Assembly: GCF_000039765.1 (NCBI RefSeq)
Contig: NC_004460.2
Span: 150,001-182,000 of the forward strand
Direction: 5' to 3'
Source of the DNA: Vibrio vulnificus CMCP6
GTDB lineage: Bacteria > Pseudomonadota > Gammaproteobacteria > Enterobacterales > Vibrionaceae
DNA: 32,000 nucleotides
Position numbers and translations under genes: made by a program. Each line of letters starts with the position of its first letter. The first letter of the stretch is position 1. Of the stretch, positions 26,714 through 32,000 are shown one piece after another. The notes under the pieces are model-generated. The model was not told the DNA's origin, did no database searches, and was given only the letters and a program-made list of their open reading frames with translations.

Positions 26714-28050
26714 TGATGTACGCCAAATTTGCTACTCCGTTTCCACATAAGTGGCTAATGGCGATGTTTCTCACCCTTTCTAGCCTAGTGCTGAGTGCGA
26801 CAACGTGTGCGCAGGATATTGAGGATTTGCAGCGTAGCAACCATGTTGAGCTTTTGGCTTGGGTTGGCCAGCCGCCGAAGGCGCAGGAGACGAAAACGCT
26901 TCCCGTGTTCAGCGTTAATGAGCAGGTGATTTTGACTATCGAAGTCGCGACACCACGCTGGTTCACCGCGGGCACTCGCATCGGTCACGTTGAAATTCCC
27001 AACGTCATCGCCAAGCAACGTAATCCGTTGGCAACCAACTATACCGAGCGTAAGGACGGCCATACGTGGTCGCGTCAGCGCTGGGAAATCACGCTTTACC
27101 CGCAGGCGTCGGGGCGCTTTGTCGTTCCTCCCATTGCGGTGAGCGTACAAGTCTCTGCGCCCAATGGAGAAAACGTCTCGGGCACGCTCTACACTGCGCC
27201 GATTTCGTTTGACGCTTCTATGCCTTCAGGATTGATACAGCCACAATCGGCTTGGTTTAGTGCCAGTGACGTTGAGGTGGAGCAGCAATGGCAAACCTCC
27301 TCTGTGCCGTTGAAAGTCGGGGATGCCATAACCAGAACCATCACCATTCGCGCCAAAGATAGCCTTTCTGTGTTGCTCCCCAAACTCCTCAGCAACGAAT
27401 CCACGCCTCGCTATCAAGCGTATCCTCAACCCAATCGTCTTGAGGATACCCAAATAAGGGGTGACTATCGTTCGAGTCGCACAGAAGAAACGGTGTATGT
27501 GATTCAGCAAGGTGGGGATTTGAGCTTACCTGATCGCCAATTTCAGTGGTGGAACAGTGATAGCCAGACGCTGGAGACAGTAGTGATTGAAGGCAACACC
27601 TTTCATGCGAAACATACGTTTCAGTCGTTTATCCGTGCCTACTCAAAGTGGCTTGTCGCAGGCGGATTATTCCTGTTCACCTTTATGGCAGTGATCGTTA
27701 TGGTGAAACGCCATTATCGTTCGCGGCCATTGCCGACGTGGTTGGTGTTTCGCCGTTTGCTTAAAGCCAAGCGTTGGCCGGCGGTTCGGGCATTGTTGTA
27801 CAAGCAGTTACGAGTCAATGATGGCGAGTTGCAGATCGCTAAAGCGCATAATTCAACACCTTGGCAACAGAGCACGGCGCAGTTTCATCAAGGTGTAGAA
27901 GACGTTTCTCTGATGAAGCAGCTTTGGCAAGGCGTACAAGCAAAGTCACGAGGTTACTGGCGTATTTCTTTGCCCAAGGCATTGCCTAATTTGCACCGCC
28001 AGCAGCAGGCGAAAAATAATCAAGCGAAAAAGAATGGGCAGAAATCATAG
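26710..28050 (+). CDS. batD: BatD-like protein (signal peptide, beta-rich ectodomain, C-terminal TM)
   Basis: ATGA start/stop overlap with batB, with AGGAG SD at 26697-26701. N-terminal signal sequence, C-terminal TM helix (LVAGGLFLFTFMAVIVMV) and a basic cytoplasmic tail. Its position is last in a Bat-type operon. Confidence 0.75.
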   Translation: MMMYAKFATPFPHKWLMAMFLTLSSLVLSATTCAQDIEDLQRSNHVELLAWVGQPPKAQETKTLPVFSVNEQVILTIEVATPRWFTAGTRIGHVEIPNVIAKQRNPLATNYTERKDGHTWSRQRWEITLYPQASGRFVVPPIAVSVQVSAPNGENVSGTLYTAPISFDASMPSGLIQPQSAWFSASDVEVEQQWQTSSVPLKVGDAITRTITIRAKDSLSVLLPKLLSNESTPRYQAYPQPNRLEDTQIRGDYRSSRTEETVYVIQQGGDLSLPDRQFQWWNSDSQTLETVVIEGNTFHAKHTFQSFIRAYSKWLVAGGLFLFTFMAVIVMVKRHYRSRPLPTWLVFRRLLKAKRWPAVRALLYKQLRVNDGELQIAKAHNSTPWQQSTAQFHQGVEDVSLMKQLWQGVQAKSRGYWRISLPKALPNLHRQQQAKNNQAKKNGQKS

Positions 28051-28284
28051 CAACAGAATAGGAATCGTCGCACTCCGTTATCGCTTTTAACGATTGTTTT
28101 TAAGAATCGCTTTCAACTGCACGGCCTTGTCGAGTGGACCCTAGCGGAGATGGGCTCAGTTTGGGTCAATGACGGGTTAAATCTCGCTAAAATGCGTTCT
28201 GTCACTAACTTTTACAGCACGCTCATCGTGCCATGGCGTGGGGTTGGGTAAAATTGGGCCATTCGTTTGTGTTCCCGGTTTGCC

Positions 28285-29190
28285 ATGAAAAATACCGATT
28301 TGAATCTCATCCCCATTTTTGTTGCGATTTTTGAAGAGCAGAATCTCTCGAAAGCGGCGGCGCGTTTGGATATTAGCCAGCCTGCGGTGAGCAAAGCGCT
28401 GGCACGTTTGCGTGATATTTACGATGAGCCGTTGTTTCACCGCAGCCCATCTGGCGTAGAGCCCACCAGTTTCGCCGTGGACATTTATCCAGCAATGCTG
28501 ACCGCATTTAAAAACTTCACCTCGACCTTATCCGCATCCAGTGAATTTGAAGCCAAAGTGTCCAATCGGATTTTCTCGATTGCTTGTGTTTCGGTCGCCA
28601 GTTACGAGTTGATGCCACAGCTTTTGAAGCAAATTCGTCAGCACGCGCCCAATATCTCCTTGGAAGTGCACCCCCTGTTTACGGAAGATTACGAAAGTGA
28701 CTTGCGGTTGCAGCGTTATGATTTGATCATCGACATGGCGCCAAGAGGGTGGACGACCTTAAAAGTGGAGCCCATTTTTTCCGAACGATTAATGGTGGTC
28801 TGCTGTGCGGATCATCCACGTATTGCTGACGCGTGTTCCGTCGCGCAGTTTTTGGCAGAAGAGCATGTGGTGGTTTCACGCTGGCACGCGCGCAAAAGCT
28901 TAATGAGTGAAGAAGATATTGCCGATTTAGCGCAACGAAAAATTGCCTATCGTGCGTCCGGGGCATTGGAAATGTTACCCGTTATCCACGGCAGTGAGTA
29001 CATTGGTATGTTGCCGGAGTCGACCATCAATGCCTTTGCCGGGACCTACAACATCAAAGCGGTGTCTCTGCCTTTTGATCACGATGTTTACGATTTATGT
29101 GCGATTTGGCATCCAAGCCGCAGCAGCGAAAGTGCGCATCAATGGCTGCGAAATCAACTCAAAGCGGCAGTTAAGGTGTTGAAACGATAG
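28285..29190 (+). CDS. LysR-family transcriptional regulator
   Basis: MKNTDLNLIPIFVAIFEEQNLSKAAARLDISQPAVSKALARLR is a canonical LysR wHTH. I prefer ATG 28285 over the ORF-track TTG at 28267. Confidence 0.9.
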   Translation: MKNTDLNLIPIFVAIFEEQNLSKAAARLDISQPAVSKALARLRDIYDEPLFHRSPSGVEPTSFAVDIYPAMLTAFKNFTSTLSASSEFEAKVSNRIFSIACVSVASYELMPQLLKQIRQHAPNISLEVHPLFTEDYESDLRLQRYDLIIDMAPRGWTTLKVEPIFSERLMVVCCADHPRIADACSVAQFLAEEHVVVSRWHARKSLMSEEDIADLAQRKIAYRASGALEMLPVIHGSEYIGMLPESTINAFAGTYNIKAVSLPFDHDVYDLCAIWHPSRSSESAHQWLRNQLKAAVKVLKR

Positions 29191-29197
29191 TAAATAG

Positions 29198-29233
29198 AAA
29201 AACGGCAGTGATGAAACCATCTCTGCCGTTTTT
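29198..29233. terminator. bidirectional rho-independent terminator between convergent genes
   Basis: AAAAACGGCAG-t-GATG / aaac / CATC-t-CTGCCGTTTTT. This is a long hairpin with one mismatch, flanked by an A-run and a T-run, between the LysR stop (29190) and the phosphatase stop (29270). Confidence 0.75.
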
Positions 29234-29269
29234 GTGCCTGTTTGCATGGCGCGCTTAAGGCGTTGCCAC

Positions 29270-30970
29270 CTATCTCACCACCTCTCTCACTACCTCACTG
29301 AGCACTTGACCAGTCGCCCCACTGGGCTGGGTAATACCAAGCTTATTGGATAAGGTTGGCGCCACGTCATACGGAGTGATCGCTCGAGAAACGCGCTGCG
29401 CGTTCACATCATAGCCGGCAAAAATCACGGGCACATGCGTGTCATAACGCCATGGCGAACCGTGCGTCGATGCAATGGTTAAGCCGTCCATATCATTGAT
29501 GTAGCTACGAGCGCCAAAAACCAAATAGATATCGCCCGAGCGTTGTGGGTGATAGTTGTTTTTGATCAACTTCGTTATGCGGCTATCCACGACTCGATTG
29601 TTTTCGATGTCGCTGCTGGTGATGGCGTAAGCAACCCCTTCCACCTTCGAGACTTCTTCAGCGATCAGCGCTTGCACATCCGCTAAACTTGCCTTGCTCT
29701 TGGCAATCACCTCATGGTTAAGGTAGATGTAAGGCTGCGCGTAGAGGCGAATGGCGTCTTTACTTAAACCAAATTCTTGCTTTAAACGCTGCTCTATTTG
29801 GGTTGAGAACAGTGTCTTTTGGTCGAAATACTGCGCTTGGCGCAAGCCAATTTGACGAGCATTCGGTGATGCTTCGGGCACGCCATGGTCAGCGGAGAGA
29901 ACAATCAGCGTATTGTCCAATCCTACCTGCTTATCCACTGCGTCAAACAACTTCGCTAAGGTGCGATCAAGCCGGATCAAGTTATCTTCGGTTTCCAGAC
30001 TGTTAGGACCGTACATGTGAATCACATAATCGTTTGACGAAAAACTCACCGCAAGATAATCGGTGGTGTCGCCCTTACCTAATTGCTCTTTCTCCAACAC
30101 TCGTTGTGCGAAGTTGGCCGTGATCTCATCACCCGCCGGGCTCAAGGTCAGCATGGTGGAAAAATACTTAAAGCTGGCTGGGCCATAAGGGTGGGGGAAA
30201 GTGCGGGCAAAACCAGCAAGGTCCACCTTATGTTCTTGGCTGATTTCTTGGAGTGTGTAGCGTTCTTGCGGCAGAGTGAGTGACCATTTTTGACCTGAGT
30301 ATTGTGCGGGAATTTTCTCGGCATTCCAGTGAGTCACCCATTGTGGTGTCTGGTCATAATAATAGTTGCTGGTGACAAATTCTGAGGTTGCTTTGGAAAA
30401 CCAAAACGCTTTGCCAGCATGGCCACCCAATGAAATTGCGCCTCTGTCTTTGACGGAGACCGAAAACACCTTAGCTTTGCCGTTGGAAGAGAGCGCCAGT
30501 TCATCACTAAACGTCGTCGTCAAAATGGGTTGTGGTGAGCGGCCATCTTTCAGCGCGGTTTTTTGAGTTGGGTCGATTTCGGTCGCTTTGTTGACACCAG
30601 CATGGCTATTGAGCATGGCGTAGTTTTCATCTTCGACATTGTAAACAAGGCGCTCTTTCTGTCTGTCGTACCATACATTGCCAACCATACCGTGAACCGA
30701 CGGCGGCGCGCCAGTTGCTAGCGACACATGACCGACGATGGTTTCGGTATTGCCGTGCTGATAGTGCGCATTGGTGTAATAGACCCCTTCATCCATCAAA
30801 TAGCGAAAGCCTTTTTCCGCGAAGTTATGCTTGTATCGGTCGAGTAAATCGCCACGCAATCCATCAACGGTAATTTGCAATACTAAGGCTGGCTTTTCGG
30901 TTGCTGCCGCGATTGCATTGGGGGTGAAAGCGCAAAGTAGCGATGCGCCAGTGAGCCAAACTGCTTTCAT
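29270..30970 (-). CDS. secreted alkaline phosphatase / nucleotide pyrophosphatase-family enzyme (PafA/NPP-like, Thr nucleophile)
   Basis: AAGAGGA SD and a signal peptide ...PNAIAAA-TEK. Motifs: ITVDGLRGD (metal site), GNTETIVGHVSLATGAPPSVHGMVGN (Thr nucleophile block, with no C/S-x-P/A-x-R), SADHG, STHGSPWRYDTHVP. Confidence 0.85.
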   Translation of the reverse strand: MKAVWLTGASLLCAFTPNAIAAATEKPALVLQITVDGLRGDLLDRYKHNFAEKGFRYLMDEGVYYTNAHYQHGNTETIVGHVSLATGAPPSVHGMVGNVWYDRQKERLVYNVEDENYAMLNSHAGVNKATEIDPTQKTALKDGRSPQPILTTTFSDELALSSNGKAKVFSVSVKDRGAISLGGHAGKAFWFSKATSEFVTSNYYYDQTPQWVTHWNAEKIPAQYSGQKWSLTLPQERYTLQEISQEHKVDLAGFARTFPHPYGPASFKYFSTMLTLSPAGDEITANFAQRVLEKEQLGKGDTTDYLAVSFSSNDYVIHMYGPNSLETEDNLIRLDRTLAKLFDAVDKQVGLDNTLIVLSADHGVPEASPNARQIGLRQAQYFDQKTLFSTQIEQRLKQEFGLSKDAIRLYAQPYIYLNHEVIAKSKASLADVQALIAEEVSKVEGVAYAITSSDIENNRVVDSRITKLIKNNYHPQRSGDIYLVFGARSYINDMDGLTIASTHGSPWRYDTHVPVIFAGYDVNAQRVSRAITPYDVAPTLSNKLGITQPSGATGQVLSEVVREVVR

Positions 30971-30994
30971 TGTCGTCCTCTTTGATGTTGTCGA

Positions 30995-31780
30995 TCAATC
31001 AATGTCTTTTGCCAGTCTTAGGCCCATATCGGCCATGCGTATCGATTGACTGGCGAAATCACGTCGGAAGTTTTCCGATTCGTCTGCGGCGTAAGAGAAG
31101 CTGCCGCCGCGAACGGATTTATGCGCCAAGCCCGCCGTTTCTTCTTTGGCATTACTTGGGTTGTGGCTTGGGGCGTATGTGTAGTAACCCGCGTCAAAAG
31201 CATCGATGACAAATTCCCCCACGTTGCCCGTCATGTCATAGAGTCCGAGCTCATTGGGTTGCTTTAATCCCACCGGATGAGCTTGGTTATTGGCATTACT
31301 CGCATACCAAGCCACCTCATCAATGTTGTTCGAGCCTGCGTACGTGAACCCTTGACTATGCACGCCACCGCGAGCGGCGAACTCCCATTCAGCTTCCGTC
31401 GGTAAGCGGTAGTGCTCGCCTGTCAGGGTGTTCAAGCGTTCAATAAAGTAGTTCGCTTGCTGCCAACTTAAGTTGTTGACGGGAACGTTTGGATTTGGGA
31501 AATAGCTCAGTGAAGAACCCATCACCGATTCAAATAGCGCTTGAGTGACTTCGAATTTGGCAAGGTAAAAACTATCCACTGTCACTGGATGCGCAGGGGT
31601 TTCAGAGTTCTTTGCACTGGGATGTTCAGAACCCATCTCAAAAGTGCCGCCTTCGACCAACACCATATCTTGGTTAATGGCCATGGCGACGGGATGGGGC
31701 GTTGAGCTACAGCCGTTGGCCAGCAAAGCCACCGTGAGAGGAAATAGGGGAAAAAGCCAGTGACGAGGCGATAAAGTCAT
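30995..31780 (-). CDS. FGE-fold (SUMF1/EgtB/PvdO family) lipoprotein lacking the catalytic cysteine pair
   Basis: AAGGAG SD and lipobox LLANG-C. FGE-sulfatase domain blocks present: MVLVEGGTFEMGS, HPVTVDSFYLAKFEVT, YRLPTEAEWEFAARGG, GLYDMTGNVGEFV, VRGGSF. The only Cys in the protein is the lipobox Cys. It lies 24 nt upstream of the phosphatase gene on the same strand. Confidence 0.85.
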   Translation of the reverse strand: MTLSPRHWLFPLFPLTVALLANGCSSTPHPVAMAINQDMVLVEGGTFEMGSEHPSAKNSETPAHPVTVDSFYLAKFEVTQALFESVMGSSLSYFPNPNVPVNNLSWQQANYFIERLNTLTGEHYRLPTEAEWEFAARGGVHSQGFTYAGSNNIDEVAWYASNANNQAHPVGLKQPNELGLYDMTGNVGEFVIDAFDAGYYTYAPSHNPSNAKEETAGLAHKSVRGGSFSYAADESENFRRDFASQSIRMADMGLRLAKDID

Positions 31781-31838
31781 CCGAAATGCTCCTTAAGTCA
31801 GCGAGCTTCCAGCTTACGCATTGTTGCCATGAAAAAAG

Positions 31839-31855
31839 GTTATAACGGGTATAAC
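31839..31855. promoter_or_regulatory. candidate operator upstream of the FGE-fold/phosphatase operon
   Basis: GTTATAAC-G-GGTATAAC is a 7/8 direct repeat with a 9-bp period. It contains the dyad TTATA-N5-TATAA (31840-31854, T-N11-A) and lies about 60 nt upstream of ATG 31780. Confidence 0.3.
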
Positions 31856-31946
31856 AAGCCCTTGTTCGGAAAGCCTTTTAAGATGCATTTATCGATATTT
31901 TCTTCAAACAAGACTTGGCGCTCAGCGCGAAGAAATAAGGTGAATT

Positions 31947-32000
31947 ATGCAGATTACTCAGGGCCCACAGTTTAATGGTAAAGCATCAAAGCGTTTACAC
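31947..32000 (+). CDS. 5' end of an unidentified CDS running off the window
   Basis: ATG 31947 follows AAGGTG by 5 nt. The frame MQITQGPQFNGKASKRLH stays open to the window end. It is too short to identify. Confidence 0.35.
   Translation, partial: MQITQGPQFNGKASKRLH

Noticed and set aside
21391-28050. Interpreting the MoxR + VWA genes as an antiphage or conflict system of the MoxR-VWA ternary type.
   Set aside because: The gene order and content match the classical Bat-type envelope operon (MoxR, DUF58, DUF4381, two membrane VWA proteins, BatD). No effector domain such as a nuclease, protease, TIR or pore-former is present, and there is no mobile-element or defence-island context.
28051-28284. 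Terminator or sRNA after batD, and the 87-aa and 60-aa minus-strand ORFs at 28177-28440 and 28212-28394.
   Set aside because: Only 4-5 bp stems are present (ATCG...CGAT, CGATT...AATCG), and they are too weak to call. The minus-strand ORFs overlap the LysR 5' end and have no SD or motif.
30995-31780. Annotating this gene as the aerobic FGE that matures the Cys-type sulfatase at 15538-17103.
   Set aside because: The protein has no cysteine other than the lipobox Cys, so the established Cu/Cys2 FGE mechanism is impossible. It is lipid-anchored outside the cytoplasm and is operonic with a non-sulfatase.
1-32000. Horizontally acquired island, prophage or tRNA-associated integration.
   Set aside because: I recognised no integrase, transposase, phage genes, tRNA or direct-repeat boundaries. 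Housekeeping genes (rnb, deaD, ackA) are interspersed. Apart from 2805-3605, composition looks uniform by eye, though I did not compute it.

Overview
Densely coding chromosomal segment from a gammaproteobacterium. It looks Vibrionaceae-like, but that is inference from remembered protein similarity, not a search. I count about 26 CDS. By eye I found no rRNA, tRNA, CRISPR array, transposase or integrase.

Left third (1-9.5 kb):
- a 5'-partial hypothetical gene and a small double-CxxC zinc-ribbon protein
- a GAF/degenerate-GGDEF/EAL c-di-GMP protein
- an unusually AT-rich 0.8 kb non-coding region
- a 1162-aa lipoprotein with four tandem Big_2 Ig-like domains and an unrecognisable C-terminal half
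- an orphan PstS-family binding protein, a small hypothetical protein and an AraC regulator

Middle (9.5-15.5 kb):
- housekeeping genes rnb (RNase II) and deaD, divergently arranged; deaD carries a repetitive RGG tail
- an ackA gene with no adjacent pta

Right half (15.5-31.8 kb), the most interesting part:
- two paralogous sulfatases, one Cys-type (SCTAGR) and one Ser-type (SSTAGR), flank a LysR regulator; similar dyad T-N11-A boxes lie at matching distances from each sulfatase ATG
- an AslB/AtsB-type radical-SAM sulfatase maturase follows
- next, with no terminator that I can see, comes a translationally coupled six-gene Bat-like operon: moxR, DUF58, DUF4381, VWA, VWA/TPR, batD
- then a second LysR
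- finally a convergent operon encoding an FGE-fold lipoprotein with no catalytic cysteines and a PafA/NPP-like phosphatase with a Thr nucleophile

No classical defence, toxin-antitoxin or mobile system is supported. The best candidate for an undescribed functional unit is the sulfatase / MoxR-VWA / phosphatase supercluster, and that is a hypothesis only.

All calls come from reading the ORF translations and DNA by eye. No alignments, HMM searches or folding energies were computed.
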